From Acidobacteriota bacterium (GTDB taxonomy: Bacteria > Acidobacteriota > UBA6911 > RPQK01 > JAJDTT01), in assembly GCA_965263035.1 (NCBI GenBank), contig OZ253580.1, positions 3,136,001-3,200,000 of the forward strand: a stretch of 64,000 bases of DNA. The letters run 5' to 3'. Every line of letters begins with the position of its first letter. Positions within the stretch are counted from its first letter, which is position 1. Positions 49,600-60,268 of the stretch are shown here, piece by piece. Below the pieces are notes generated by a model. That model worked only from the letters and a program-made list of their open reading frames with translations. It was not told where the DNA came from and searched no databases. The translations under genes were made by a program, and so were the position numbers.

Positions 49600-49914
49600 T
49601 TACCCGATCACCAGGAGAACGACGACGAAGGTCAGAAGGGCCAGGAACTCGATGAAGGCGAGTCCCAGAATGAAGAAGAAACGGATCGTGTCGGAGGCTC
49701 CGGGGTTTCTGGAGACGCCTTCGCAGGCGGCGGTCAGGACCCGGCTCTGGCCGTAGCCGCAGCCGGCGGCCGCGATGGCCATGGCGACGGCGAGCCAGTG
49801 GATCTCCAGGCTGGTTGAGGCGGCACCTTCTTCAGCCTGTGCCTGCACGGAGACCGCCGGCAGCAGGAGGGCAACGACCAGAGCAATGGCCAGAAGGCCG
49901 AACTTTCGGTTCAT
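49600..49914 (-). CDS. atpE: ATP synthase F0 subunit c with N-terminal signal-like extension
   Basis: RNP loop, GLAFIE ion-binding Glu; AAGGAG SD before ATG 49914. Confidence 0.92.
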   Translation of the reverse strand: MNRKFGLLAIALVVALLLPAVSVQAQAEEGAASTSLEIHWLAVAMAIAAAGCGYGQSRVLTAACEGVSRNPGASDTIRFFFILGLAFIEFLALLTFVVVLLVIG

Positions 49915-49968
49915 CAGTTGACTCCTTCCAAGGTTTGAGGTGTGAGCCCGTCGCATGGAGCGCCCGAA

Positions 49969-50706
49969 TCAGTGTTCTTCGTCGTGTGCATGCTCCACGG
50001 AACCAGCGATGTAGACGATGGTCAAGACGGAGAAAATGAAGGCCTGCAGCGTGCCGGCGAAGAGGCCCAGCGCCATCACCGGCATCGAGATCACAAAGGG
50101 GAACAGTTGGTTCAGGTTGGTGACGATCAGCTCCTCGGCGTAGATGTTGCCCATGAGCCGGACCGAGAGAGAGAAAGGACGCGCCAGGTGGCTGATGATC
50201 TCGATCACGAAAAGGACCGGGGCGATGGCCAGTGAGGGACCGGCGAAATGAGCCATGTACTTGACGAAGCCATGAACCCGGAACCCGTGGTAGTTGTAGT
50301 AGAGGAAGACGACGATTCCGCAGGCCGCGGTGATGTTGATGTTGCTGGTGGGCGGCATGAACCCGGGGAAGAGCCCCAGGAGGTTTCCCGCCAGGATGTA
50401 GAGGAACAGAGTTCCGATCAAGGGAAAGAAGCGGCGTGCACCGGGTCCGATGATCTCCTTCATCAATCCCAGCAGACCCTCGAACAGAACTTCCAGCACC
50501 TGTTGTACCCCGCCCGGATTGTCCACGCTCAGGCGCCTCCTCACCAGGAGGGCGACCACGGTGAGGATGAGACAGACGAAGATGACCATGACCAGGTGGG
50601 CCGGAAGGACGTCGTGGTCCACTCGAAACCCCAAGGCCTCGGCCAGAGGATTTGCGAGGTAGCGGTTGAAGAGGGTCGCCGACAGGAACTCGTGGTGTTG
50701 ATCCAT
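49969..50706 (-). CDS. atpB: ATP synthase F0 subunit a
   Basis: PT.NIN, RPFSLSVRL.GN, LQAFIF. Confidence 0.95.
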   Translation of the reverse strand: MDQHHEFLSATLFNRYLANPLAEALGFRVDHDVLPAHLVMVIFVCLILTVVALLVRRRLSVDNPGGVQQVLEVLFEGLLGLMKEIIGPGARRFFPLIGTLFLYILAGNLLGLFPGFMPPTSNINITAACGIVVFLYYNYHGFRVHGFVKYMAHFAGPSLAIAPVLFVIEIISHLARPFSLSVRLMGNIYAEELIVTNLNQLFPFVISMPVMALGLFAGTLQAFIFSVLTIVYIAGSVEHAHDEEH

Positions 50707-50775
50707 TTCCGATCCTGTTTCAGAAGTTCTTCCGTCCCGAGGGTGTCACGCCGGATCAGGCATGAACTGTGCGGG

Positions 50776-51114
50776 TCAGGATTTGTACAACGCCTCCAAC
50801 ACTGCTGAAAGGATGGGTATGGAAAGCCCCAGGACCGCCCCCGGCACACTCAAAAAAGGAATTTGCATCATAGCAAAGAGACCTCCCAGCATCAAGACCA
50901 TGCGACCCCCGTTCAGGGCCAGAAAACGCAGCGCTGAAGGCTTCCCGTCCGGCGCCAGCAGCCGCCCGGCCAGCCGGTCCAGGACCTTGAGGTTCAGCAG
51001 CGAGGCCAGTGCTCCGGCCAGGATGGAAAGGGCCATCCAGAATCCGTAAACCAATCCCCCGATTACGGATATGGCGATCAGGAGGATGATTGCATTGCGT
51101 GAAATGCGCTCCAA
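50776..51114 (-). CDS. atpI: ATP synthase protein I
   Basis: Four hydrophobic segments; immediately upstream of atpB. Confidence 0.7.
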   Translation of the reverse strand: MERISRNAIILLIAISVIGGLVYGFWMALSILAGALASLLNLKVLDRLAGRLLAPDGKPSALRFLALNGGRMVLMLGGLFAMMQIPFLSVPGAVLGLSIPILSAVLEALYKS

Positions 51115-51117
51115 ATC

Positions 51118-51333
51118 TTACCTGCTGAACATTCTCACGACTCGGACCAGGCCGGCCACTCCCCCGAGAAGCAACCCGGCCACGGAGATCCAGGGATCGG
51201 AATCCAAGCGCCGGTCCAGAAGATAGCCGATCAGATAGCCGACCAGAAGACACGAGGGGAGCAGAAAAATGATGGAGCTGTAGCGAGCCACTTGGGTGTA
51301 GACGCCACCCTTTTCCCGCTTCCCGTTTCGCAA
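51118..51333 (-). CDS. AtpZ/AtpI family small membrane protein
   Basis: G...GY.LD..L.S.PW...GLLLG motif; start uncertain. Confidence 0.78.
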   Translation of the reverse strand: MRNGKREKGGVYTQVARYSSIIFLLPSCLLVGYLIGYLLDRRLDSDPWISVAGLLLGGVAGLVRVVRMFSR

Positions 51334-51421
51334 CTCTTTCCGCCTTCCCGATCCGCGTTCAAGCTGCCGGACGAACCACGGCGTCCTCGCCGGCGGCATT
51401 GGAAGGAGGCGTCCGGAACCG

Positions 51422-52951
51422 TCAGAAAATCAGGGGGAGGCTGGCGATTCGGGCCAGGTCGAAGAAAGGCTCCGGATAGATCCCCATGACGATGGTGAAA
51501 AATCCGGTGACCGAAAGGACGAACCAGACACCCACAGAAAAGCTCAACGGGACCGGGAGGGACTCCTTCTCGATGAACATGGCCACCACGATCCGCAAGT
51601 AGTAGAAGAGGGAGACGACGGCATTGAGGGCGGCCACCACGGCCAGCCAAATCAGCAGCTGTCCATGGACCTGACCGGCCGCCAGGGCCGATTCGATCAC
51701 CGCCGCGAACATCGCGTACTTGGCGATGAATCCGGCCAGCGGGGGAATGCCCGCCAGGGACAGGAAGAAAATGAGATTCAGTATCGCCAGACCGGGATGC
51801 TTGAAGTAGAGGCCGTTGAAGTCCTCGATCGATTCACCGATCACATCCTGCCGCCGCAGCAGAATGACGATGGCCCAGGCGCCGAGATTCATGAAGGTAT
51901 AGGCGAACAGATAGAGCACCGATGCCGAGATTCCTTGCTGGGAACCCACCACCAGTCCCATCAGCACGAATCCGGCGTGGGAGATGCTGGAATAGGCGAG
52001 CAGCCGCTTGACGTTCTGCTGAGTGACCGCCGCCACGTTTCCCCAGGTCATGGTCGCCATGGCAATGACGGCCAGGACCCCGATGTACAGGTCGTGGAAG
52101 TCGAGAAAGGTCACGTAGAAGATTCGCAGGAAGACGGCGAAAGCGGCTCCCTTGACCGCTACCGACATGAAGGCGGTGATGCCGGTGGGCGCACCCTCGT
52201 AGGCATCGGGAGCCCACATGTGGAAGGGGACGGCCGCGACCTTGAAGCAGAGGCCGGCCAGCATCAGGAAGAGAGCCAGGATCAACAGCGTGTTGTCCTC
52301 CCGCTTGGCCGCCTCCTGGGCGATGACGTTCAGGTTGGTGCTGCCGCTGATCCCGTAGAGCAGGGACATCCCGTAAAGGATGATGGAAGTGGAGAAGGCG
52401 CCCATGAGGAAGTATTTCATGGCAGCTTCGTTGGAGCGGCGCTGCCGGCGCAGAAAACCGACCAGGATATAGGTCGAAACGGACATGAGCTCCAGGCCCA
52501 CGAAGATGGTGACCAGGTCGATGGCCCCGGCCATGAACATCATGCCGGCGGTGGCGAAGAGGAGGATGGCGTAGTACTCGCTGTGTTGGGCGTCCTCAAT
52601 GTCCAGATGCCGGTAGGAAAGAGCGACCGTCAGAATGGCCGATACCAGGAACAGGATTCCGAAGACCTCGGAGAAGGCGTCCTGGGTCACCATGTTGTAA
52701 AAGGCATCCCCGTTTCCGGTGCCCCACAGGCGCCAGAGCTGGAGCCCGGCCCCCAGTAGCCCCCCCAGGGCAAACACGACCGACAGGGACTTTCCGCGGA
52801 ATCCAAGGATCCGGGTTCCCCGCCCGGGCAGGATGAAGTCGATGCAGAGGAGTCCCAGGCCCCAGACGATCAGATGCAATTGAGGTGCGATGGCCCGGGC
52901 GTTCAGGGAGAGAAAACTGGCGAGTTCCCCGGCCGTCGGTATTTCGGGCAT
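51422..52951 (-). CDS. nuoN: Complex I subunit N
   Basis: EAAMKY, FKV..VPFHMWAPD.YEGAP, KRLLAYSSI.H. Confidence 0.96.
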   Translation of the reverse strand: MPEIPTAGELASFLSLNARAIAPQLHLIVWGLGLLCIDFILPGRGTRILGFRGKSLSVVFALGGLLGAGLQLWRLWGTGNGDAFYNMVTQDAFSEVFGILFLVSAILTVALSYRHLDIEDAQHSEYYAILLFATAGMMFMAGAIDLVTIFVGLELMSVSTYILVGFLRRQRRSNEAAMKYFLMGAFSTSIILYGMSLLYGISGSTNLNVIAQEAAKREDNTLLILALFLMLAGLCFKVAAVPFHMWAPDAYEGAPTGITAFMSVAVKGAAFAVFLRIFYVTFLDFHDLYIGVLAVIAMATMTWGNVAAVTQQNVKRLLAYSSISHAGFVLMGLVVGSQQGISASVLYLFAYTFMNLGAWAIVILLRRQDVIGESIEDFNGLYFKHPGLAILNLIFFLSLAGIPPLAGFIAKYAMFAAVIESALAAGQVHGQLLIWLAVVAALNAVVSLFYYLRIVVAMFIEKESLPVPLSFSVGVWFVLSVTGFFTIVMGIYPEPFFDLARIASLPLIF

Positions 52952-54511
52952 CTATCGATCTCCGATCTCGGCCTGCATGGAGCGAGGCTGGAATTCCCCG
53001 GGTCTCACCTTCTCCACGATCTGATTGACGGGCTCGTGCAGGTAGGACAGAAACGGACTCGGGTAGAGACCGATCCAGAAGGCCAGAATGATGAGGGGGA
53101 CGAAGGTCGCCAGCTCCCGGGGAGTCAGGTCCGGAAGCTTGCGGTTCTCTTCCTGCTTGATGGTCCCGAACATCACCCGCTGGTAGAGCCAGAGCATATA
53201 CGCCGCCCCGAGGACGATGCCGGCGGCGCCGAAAACGGCCCAGAGCCTGTAGTCGGGATCGGCAAAGACCCCCTGCAGCACCATGAACTCTCCGATGAAT
53301 CCGTTGAGCGTGGGCATGCCGATGGAGGAGAGGGTCATGATCAGAAAGACGACGGCGTACACCGGCATGACGTGGGACAGACCGCTGTAGTCGCTGATCA
53401 TGCGGGTGTGCCGGCGCTCGTAGATGATTCCCACGATCAGGAAGAGGGCTCCGGTGGAGATCCCGTGATTGATCATCTGGAGGATGCCTCCCTCCAGCGC
53501 CACCGGCGTCACGATGAAGACGCCCAGCATGCAGAATCCCAGGTGGCTGACGGAGGAGTACGCCACCAGTTTCTTGATGTCCTTCTGCATCATGGCCACC
53601 AGGGCTCCGTAGATGATCCCGATCACGGAGATGGCCATCATCCAGGGCAGAAACTCCATGGTGGCGTCGGGCAGGATGGGAAGGCTGAAGCGGACGAAAC
53701 CATAGGTGCCCATCTTGAGCAGCACCCCGGCCAGGATGACCGAGCCGGCCGTCGGAGCCTCGACGTGGGCGTCCGGAAGCCAGGTATGGAAGGGGAACAA
53801 GGGAACCTTGATGGCGAAACCGACGAACATGGCCAGGAAGATCCAGTACTGGAGATCGGGCGGGATGCCCAGTTCCTGAAAGGCCAGAATGTCGAAAGAC
53901 CAGATGCCCTTCACGGCATACTGATGAAAGTAGAGGGCCAGGATTCCCAGCAGGAGCAGGACCGATCCCAGCAGCGTATAGAGGAAGAACTTGATGGCGG
54001 CGTACAGTTTCCGCGGGCCGCCCCAGATGCCGATGATGAAGTACATGGGCACCAGCATCACTTCCCAGAAGACGTAGAAGAAGAAGAAGTCCAGGGCCAT
54101 GAATACGCCCAGCATCCCCGTCTGCAGGATCAGGAAGTAGCAGTAGTACTCACGGACCCGGGTGGTGATGGCGTTCCACGACGAGAGAATGGAGATGGAT
54201 CCGAGCAGGGTGGTCAGAAGGATCAACAGCAGGCTGATGCCGTCGATTCCGAAATAGTACTGGACGCCCAGCGACTCGATCCACGGGGCCTTGAAGACGA
54301 ATCGCATCCCGCTCGGGTCGATGAACTCCGGCCGGTTGAAATGGGTGATCAGGGGGATGGAGACCAGGAACCCTACGAAGGCGACGATGTTGGCGATCCA
54401 CTTGACCTCGGTCTCATGCTCCTTCCCCTTGGGCCAGAACAGAATCATCAGCACGCCCAGGAGGGGGAAGAAGCAGACGATGGTCAGGATGTTGGTCATG
54501 AAAAAGCCCAT
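52952..54511 (-). CDS. nuoM: Complex I subunit M
   Basis: GIDGIS, FWE..LVP, HTWLPDAHVEAPT.GS, LLKMG.YG. Confidence 0.96.
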   Translation of the reverse strand: MGFFMTNILTIVCFFPLLGVLMILFWPKGKEHETEVKWIANIVAFVGFLVSIPLITHFNRPEFIDPSGMRFVFKAPWIESLGVQYYFGIDGISLLLILLTTLLGSISILSSWNAITTRVREYYCYFLILQTGMLGVFMALDFFFFYVFWEVMLVPMYFIIGIWGGPRKLYAAIKFFLYTLLGSVLLLLGILALYFHQYAVKGIWSFDILAFQELGIPPDLQYWIFLAMFVGFAIKVPLFPFHTWLPDAHVEAPTAGSVILAGVLLKMGTYGFVRFSLPILPDATMEFLPWMMAISVIGIIYGALVAMMQKDIKKLVAYSSVSHLGFCMLGVFIVTPVALEGGILQMINHGISTGALFLIVGIIYERRHTRMISDYSGLSHVMPVYAVVFLIMTLSSIGMPTLNGFIGEFMVLQGVFADPDYRLWAVFGAAGIVLGAAYMLWLYQRVMFGTIKQEENRKLPDLTPRELATFVPLIILAFWIGLYPSPFLSYLHEPVNQIVEKVRPGEFQPRSMQAEIGDR

Positions 54512-54515
54512 AGGA

Positions 54516-56579
54516 CTATGCTCCCAGGTAGAGATAGCAGCCGATGATGAGCACCAGCCCCAAGACGAAGAAGGCGATGTAGCGTTGGACCAGACCGGTC
54601 TGCAGACGCCGCAAGACTGAGCTGAAGAACTCCACGATCTCCGCCACCAGATTCACCAGCCGGTCCACGATGTGGATGTCCGCCTGACCCGAGATCCAGG
54701 CGGAGATGCGGGTGGCGGCGGCGCTTCCGTTCACCAGGCCGTCCACCACCTTGAGATCGAAGGCGCTGAGCCAGGTTCCCAGGCCCTTGCAGCGATTCAC
54801 GAAGACGGCGTCGTAGATCTCGTCCACGTAGAACTTGTTGTAGACGACCCGGTGGAGGCCGTGGAACCGGTCGCGCAACTGTCCCGCCTTCTCGGGCCGG
54901 GCGAGGAAGAAATGGTAGGCCAGCCAGATGCCCCCGCCGGCAACCGCCACCGAAACCAGTGTCAGGAGAATCTCCTCCAGGTGGGAATGGTGGCCCACGG
55001 CTTCGGGCCGATAGGCGGTCGCCAGGGCCGGTTCCAGGAAGTGCTCGAAGACGTTGGGCCCCAGCCACGCCGGAAGTCCCAGGTAGCCCACCACGACCGA
55101 CCCCCCGGCCAACACCATGAGGGGTACGGTCATCACCCGAGGCGATTCGTGGGGCGTGTGCCCCGAGTGGTGGTCATGGCGTTCCTTCCCATGAAAGGTC
55201 AGGAACATCATCCGGAACATGTAGAAGGCGGTCATGCCCGCCACCAGCACGCCGGCGGCCCAGATCAGGGGGCTGCCCCCCGGGAGGCTGAAGGCGCGCC
55301 ACAGAATCTCGTCCTTGGAGAAGAATCCGGCCAGGCCAGGCACGCCGGCGATGGCCAGGGTCCCCACCAACATGGTCCACCAGGTGGTGGGGAGGTGTTT
55401 CCTCAGGCCTCCCATCTTCATCATGTCCTGTTCGTGGTGCATGCCCATGATGACGCTTCCCGAGCCCAGGAAGAGGAGAGCCTTGAAGAAGGCGTGGGTC
55501 ATGAGATGGAAGATCCCGGCGCTGAAGGCGCCCACACCCAGGGCGGTCACCATGTAGCCCAGCTGACTCACCGTGGAGTAGGCCAGAATCCGCTTGATGT
55601 CCCGCTGAAACAGGGCGATGCATGCCGCCAGCAACGCGGTCACGATTCCCACCACCGCCACCAGCAACATGACCTCGGGCGCGCGGCTGTAGATGGCCGC
55701 CGAGCGGGCCACCATGTAGACGCCGGCCGTCACCATGGTGGCGGCGTGGATCAGCGCACTGACGGGAGTCGGACCTTCCATGGCGTCGGGTAGCCAGACA
55801 TAGAGGGGGATCTGGGCGCTCTTCCCGGTGGCGCCGATGAACAGCAGCAGTGCCGCCCAGCTCAATGGACCCCAGACTGATTCGGGCTCGGGAACCAGGG
55901 TGGCGATCCGGGAGAAGAGATCGGTGAAGTCCAGGGTCCCGAAGTAGGCGAAGAGCAGCATCATTCCCAGGATGAAGCCGTAGTCGCCGATCCGGTTGAC
56001 CACGAAGGCCTTCTTGGCGGCATCGCCGGCGCTCCTCTTCTCCATGTAGTAGCCGATGAGCAGATAGGAGCAGAGGCCCACGCCTTCCCAGCCCACGAAC
56101 ATGAGGAGGAAGTTGTTGGCCAGGACCAGGGTGAGCATCATGAACATGAACAGGTTCATGTAGGCGAAGAAACGGTAGAAGCCCTCTTCTTCGTACATGT
56201 ACCCGATGGAGTAGAGGTGGATCAGGAATCCGATGCCCGTGACCACCAGGATCATGACGGCCGAAAGCGGATCCAGTTGGAAGCCCCAGTCGATCTGGAA
56301 CTGGGCGAGTTCGCCGGAGGCGGTCCGGATCATCAGGCCCGGGATCCAATTGAAGAGATTCACCTCATGGATTCGGTTCTCCGGATCCAGCTTGAGCAGA
56401 CTGAAGAAGGAACCCAGCGAGATCAGGAACGCCAGCAGCACCGCGCCGCATGCGACGGCGGCCACGAAGCTCTTTTGGGGCCGGCGGCCGGTCCGGCGGA
56501 CGCACCAGAGTCCCCACAGGCCGTTGATCAGGAACCCCGCCAGGGGACAAAGGGGAATGAGCCAAATGGTGTTCAGCAT
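54516..56579 (-). CDS. nuoL: Complex I subunit L
   Basis: GWEGVG, GKSAQ.PL..WLPDAMEGPTPVSALIHAATMV, HAFFKA. Confidence 0.97.
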   Translation of the reverse strand: MLNTIWLIPLCPLAGFLINGLWGLWCVRRTGRRPQKSFVAAVACGAVLLAFLISLGSFFSLLKLDPENRIHEVNLFNWIPGLMIRTASGELAQFQIDWGFQLDPLSAVMILVVTGIGFLIHLYSIGYMYEEEGFYRFFAYMNLFMFMMLTLVLANNFLLMFVGWEGVGLCSYLLIGYYMEKRSAGDAAKKAFVVNRIGDYGFILGMMLLFAYFGTLDFTDLFSRIATLVPEPESVWGPLSWAALLLFIGATGKSAQIPLYVWLPDAMEGPTPVSALIHAATMVTAGVYMVARSAAIYSRAPEVMLLVAVVGIVTALLAACIALFQRDIKRILAYSTVSQLGYMVTALGVGAFSAGIFHLMTHAFFKALLFLGSGSVIMGMHHEQDMMKMGGLRKHLPTTWWTMLVGTLAIAGVPGLAGFFSKDEILWRAFSLPGGSPLIWAAGVLVAGMTAFYMFRMMFLTFHGKERHDHHSGHTPHESPRVMTVPLMVLAGGSVVVGYLGLPAWLGPNVFEHFLEPALATAYRPEAVGHHSHLEEILLTLVSVAVAGGGIWLAYHFFLARPEKAGQLRDRFHGLHRVVYNKFYVDEIYDAVFVNRCKGLGTWLSAFDLKVVDGLVNGSAAATRISAWISGQADIHIVDRLVNLVAEIVEFFSSVLRRLQTGLVQRYIAFFVLGLVLIIGCYLYLGA

Positions 56580-56594
56580 GCCAGGGACCCCGGC

Positions 56595-56897
56595 TCAGCC
56601 TCTCATGAGGTCGATCTCATCCAGGTTGATGGTTTCCCGGTTGCGGAACAGGGCGATCACGATGCCCAGTCCCACTGCCGCCTCGGCCGCGGCGACGGTG
56701 ATGACGAAGATGACGAAGACCTGGCCCGCCAGATCCTGCAGGTGAGCCGAGAAGGCGATCAGGTTCAAATTCACGGCATTGAGCATGAGCTCGATGGACA
56801 TGAAGATGATGATGACGTTTCTTCGGGTGAGCACGCCGACGACACCGATGGTGAAGACGATGGCGCTCAGGAAGAGGTAGTGGTTGGGTCCGATCAT
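56595..56897 (-). CDS. nuoK: Complex I subunit K
   Basis: [17 protein letters not shown]. Confidence 0.96.
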   Translation of the reverse strand: MIGPNHYLFLSAIVFTIGVVGVLTRRNVIIIFMSIELMLNAVNLNLIAFSAHLQDLAGQVFVIFVITVAAAEAAVGLGIVIALFRNRETINLDEIDLMRG

Positions 56898-56915
56898 CCT
56901 AGACTCCGCGCCGGT

Positions 56916-57428
56916 TCAGATCTCCTTCTTGGCCAATACCACGGCGCCGACGATGGCGACCAGCAGCAGGACCGATGCAATCTCGAAGGGAAGGAGGTAG
57001 GTGCTGTAGAGAACGGTCCCTACGGCTTCCGTATTCATGGTCTCGGTGGTGGCGATGATCCCCGATTCGGCCAGCCCCTCCTCCAGAGACACGGTTCCCC
57101 GGAAAATGAGGAGGCCCAGCTCCAGGCAGAGGACCACGGCCAGGACCAGGCCGGTCCTCCATTGCCGGTTCACCTTCGGCTGCCGTTCCAGAGCTTCGAT
57201 GCTGACCAGCATGATGACGAAGAGAAAAAGCACCATGATGCCGCCCACGTAGACCAGCACCTGGACGGCGCCCACGAACTCCGCCTCCATGAGGAAGAAG
57301 AATCCCGCCACCGCCAGCAGCGCCGAAACCAGATAGACGGCGCTCCGCACCGGGTTCCGCGCGGTCACCGTGAGGATGGAGAAGGTCACCAGAATCAGCG
57401 CCAGCGCGTAGAAGAGATAGGTTTCCAT
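56916..57428 (-). CDS. nuoJ: Complex I subunit J
   Basis: QVLVYVG.I.VLFLFVIML, PFE..S.LLL.A..GA. Confidence 0.95.
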   Translation of the reverse strand: METYLFYALALILVTFSILTVTARNPVRSAVYLVSALLAVAGFFFLMEAEFVGAVQVLVYVGGIMVLFLFVIMLVSIEALERQPKVNRQWRTGLVLAVVLCLELGLLIFRGTVSLEEGLAESGIIATTETMNTEAVGTVLYSTYLLPFEIASVLLLVAIVGAVVLAKKEI

Positions 57429-57505
57429 GCTCTATCGGTCCGTGGTGCGGCGGTCACCGCGAAAATGCTCCGGATCCGGAGACACCGGAGCGTTCCTGAA
57501 GGCCG

Positions 57506-57967
57506 TCAATTGTAGTTCTTCCCGAAATCGATGCGGTCCCAACACTTCTCCAGCCGCTCTCGATCCCACACCATGTCCCTGCGGTCGTATGCGGCCAGCT
57601 CGAAGTCCTGGGTCAGCTCGATGGCGTTGGTGGGACACACCTCTTGGCAGAGTCCACAGAACAGGCAGCGGGAAGTGTCGAAAGTGTAGTGGGTCAGCAC
57701 CTTCTTGCGGCTCTCCGGATCCCTGGTGGAGCCGACGACGATCAGGTCTTCCGGACAGATCAGGGCGCAAAGGTCACAGGCGATGCAGAGGGTCTCACCC
57801 GTTTCCGGGTCGTTGTTCAGGCGGGGAGCTCCCTTGTAGCGCTCCGCCAGCTTGGGCTTCTCGGTCGGATACTGTTCCGTGTACACCTTGGAGTAGGTGT
57901 ATCGAAAGGTCACGGCCAGACCCTTCACGATGTCCCAGAAGAGCATGCGGCGTAGGAATTCAATCAT
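57506..57967 (-). CDS. nuoI: Complex I subunit I (2x[4Fe-4S])
   Basis: CIACDLCALICP and CLFCGLCQEVCP. Confidence 0.96.
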   Translation of the reverse strand: MIEFLRRMLFWDIVKGLAVTFRYTYSKVYTEQYPTEKPKLAERYKGAPRLNNDPETGETLCIACDLCALICPEDLIVVGSTRDPESRKKVLTHYTFDTSRCLFCGLCQEVCPTNAIELTQDFELAAYDRRDMVWDRERLEKCWDRIDFGKNYN

Positions 57968-58052
57968 TGTTGATCCGCCTGATCTATGGAGCCGGACTCG
58001 AAGCAGACGGCCCGGCTCGACCCGTCAATTTACAAACCCGTAGTGGAGTTGT

Positions 58053-59153
58053 CTACATGAACGCCAGCACCGCTCCCGCCGTGACGATCACGTTGGCCAG
58101 GGCCAGCGGGAGAAAGACCTTCCAGCCGTAGCGCATCAACTGGTCGAAACGGTATCGGGGAAGCGTGCCCCGGATCCAGATGAAGACGTACAGCAGCACG
58201 AACACCTTGATTACGAACCACAACAGCGAAGGGATCACGTCCAGAAACGAGAGCCACTCCAGGTTGGGAAAGGGCCTCAGCCAACCCCCCAGGAACAGGG
58301 TCACCGCCACCGCGCAGACCGTGACCATGGCGGCGTACTCGGCGATGAAGAAGAGGGAGAAGCGGAAGCCGCTGTATTCGGTATGGAAACCGCCCACCAG
58401 TTCGGTTTCGGCCTCGGGCAGATCGAAGGGCAGCCGGTTGGTCTCGGCCATGCCGCAGATGAAGAACAGGACGAAGGCCAGGGGCTGGTAGAAGATGTAC
58501 CAGACCTCGGCTTCCCGCTGATTCTCCACGATCTGAACCAGGCTCAGGGACTGGGTCACCAGCAGGACTCCGATCACGGAGAAGCCCAGGGCCACTTCGT
58601 AGCTGATCATCTGGGCGGTGGATCGAAGCGCTCCCAGCAGCGGATATTTACTGTTGGAGGCCCAGCCTCCCAGGATGACGCCCAGGATTCCGACGGACGA
58701 AATCGAGAGTACGAACAAGACCCCGATGTTGATGTCGGTGACGAACCCGCCCGAGGCAGCGGACTGGGTTGCGATGGACTCCACGGCCGCCGCGTCCAGA
58801 AAGGGACTCAGCACCCAACGCAGGAGGCCCTCCATCATTCCCGGAGGACCGAAGGGAATGACGGCGAACACCACGAAGGCGGGGATCAGGCTGATGGCGG
58901 GAGCCAGAGTGAAGATCAGCTTGTCCGACCGGGCGGGAACGATGTCCTCCTTGAGGATGAACTTCAGCCCGTCGGCGATGGGCTGGAGCAGCCCGTGCCA
59001 ACCGACCCGCATGGGGCCCAGCCGCACCTGGATATGGGCGATGATCTTGCGCTCGAGCAGGGTCAAGTAAGCGACGGCGCCGGAAAGAACGAGCACGATC
59101 ACCGCGACCTTGGCGAACGGTATGATTGCGTAGACGATGATCCACTCGGCCAT
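58053..59153 (-). CDS. nuoH: Complex I subunit H
   Basis: ERK, R.GP, QPIADGLK, ETNRLPFDLPEAE, PRYRFDQ. Confidence 0.97.
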   Translation of the reverse strand: MAEWIIVYAIIPFAKVAVIVLVLSGAVAYLTLLERKIIAHIQVRLGPMRVGWHGLLQPIADGLKFILKEDIVPARSDKLIFTLAPAISLIPAFVVFAVIPFGPPGMMEGLLRWVLSPFLDAAAVESIATQSAASGGFVTDINIGVLFVLSISSVGILGVILGGWASNSKYPLLGALRSTAQMISYEVALGFSVIGVLLVTQSLSLVQIVENQREAEVWYIFYQPLAFVLFFICGMAETNRLPFDLPEAETELVGGFHTEYSGFRFSLFFIAEYAAMVTVCAVAVTLFLGGWLRPFPNLEWLSFLDVIPSLLWFVIKVFVLLYVFIWIRGTLPRYRFDQLMRYGWKVFLPLALANVIVTAGAVLAFM

Positions 59154-60265
59154 CAGCGGTCGATCTCCCCCAGCACGATATCCAGGGTTCCGATGATGGC
59201 CACGACGTCCGCCACCAGATGTCCGCGAACCAGCCTCCGCAGCGCCTGGAGACTGATGAACGTGGGTGGACGGATGCGGAGCCGGAAGGGTTGCGGTGAT
59301 CCGTCACTGACGATGTAGTATCCCAATTCCCCCCTCGGGCTCTCGATGGCCGAGTAGTACTCGCCGACGGGCGGCTTGGGAATCTTGGGAGCCCGGCCCC
59401 GAATCGGACCTTCCGGCAAGGCGTCCAGGATCTGCGTGATGATGAGCCGGCTCTGACGCATCTCTTCGAGCCGGATCAGGTAGCGGTCGTAGGTATCGCC
59501 GTTCTTTCCCATGGGCACGTCGAACTGGAACTGCTCGTACCCGCCGTAGGGCCGGAGCTTGCGGATGTCGTGGTCGACGCCGGAGCCCCGGAGCGGGGGG
59601 CCGCTCAGCCCCCAGTCGATGGCCTCCTCGGCCGAAATGACGCCGATGCCCTTGGTCCGCTCCAGCCAGATACGATTCCGGGTGAGGAGCTGCTCGTACT
59701 CGTCGACGCGCGCCGGAAACTCGTCGATGAACTTCCGGCACGCCGCCTCGAACCCGGCAGGCATGTCCAACCACAAACCTCCGATCCGGAAGGCGTGGGT
59801 GGTCAGACGGGCGCCGAAGAGAGCCTCGAACAGCTTCAGGATCTCTTCCCTCTCCCGGAAGCAGTAGAGGAAGACGGTCATGGCCCCGATGTCGATGGCA
59901 TGGGTGGCCAACCAGAGCAGATGGCTCGCGATCCGGTTGAACTCGGTCATCATGATCCGAATGCGGCGAGCCCGCTCCGGGATCTCGATACCCAGCAGCT
60001 TCTCCACTCCCAGCACATAGCCGTAGACGTTGGACACGGCGGAGATGTAGTCCGTCCGGTCGAAGTAGGGAGTGCACTCGATGTAGTTGCGGTTCTCGGC
60101 GATCTTCTCCACGCCCCGGTGGAGATAGCCGATGATGCATTCGGCGTCGACCACCCGTTCTCCGTCCAGCTTGAGCCGGACTCGCAGCACGCCGTGGGTG
60201 GACGGGTGCTGGGGACCCATGTTGATCTCGAGTTCCTTGGTGTCGAGTACGGTCTGCCGGTTCAT
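59153..60265 (-). CDS. nuoD: Complex I subunit D
   Basis: [31 protein letters not shown]. Confidence 0.97.
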   Translation of the reverse strand: MNRQTVLDTKELEINMGPQHPSTHGVLRVRLKLDGERVVDAECIIGYLHRGVEKIAENRNYIECTPYFDRTDYISAVSNVYGYVLGVEKLLGIEIPERARRIRIMMTEFNRIASHLLWLATHAIDIGAMTVFLYCFREREEILKLFEALFGARLTTHAFRIGGLWLDMPAGFEAACRKFIDEFPARVDEYEQLLTRNRIWLERTKGIGVISAEEAIDWGLSGPPLRGSGVDHDIRKLRPYGGYEQFQFDVPMGKNGDTYDRYLIRLEEMRQSRLIITQILDALPEGPIRGRAPKIPKPPVGEYYSAIESPRGELGYYIVSDGSPQPFRLRIRPPTFISLQALRRLVRGHLVADVVAIIGTLDIVLGEIDR

Positions 60266-60268
60266 GGG

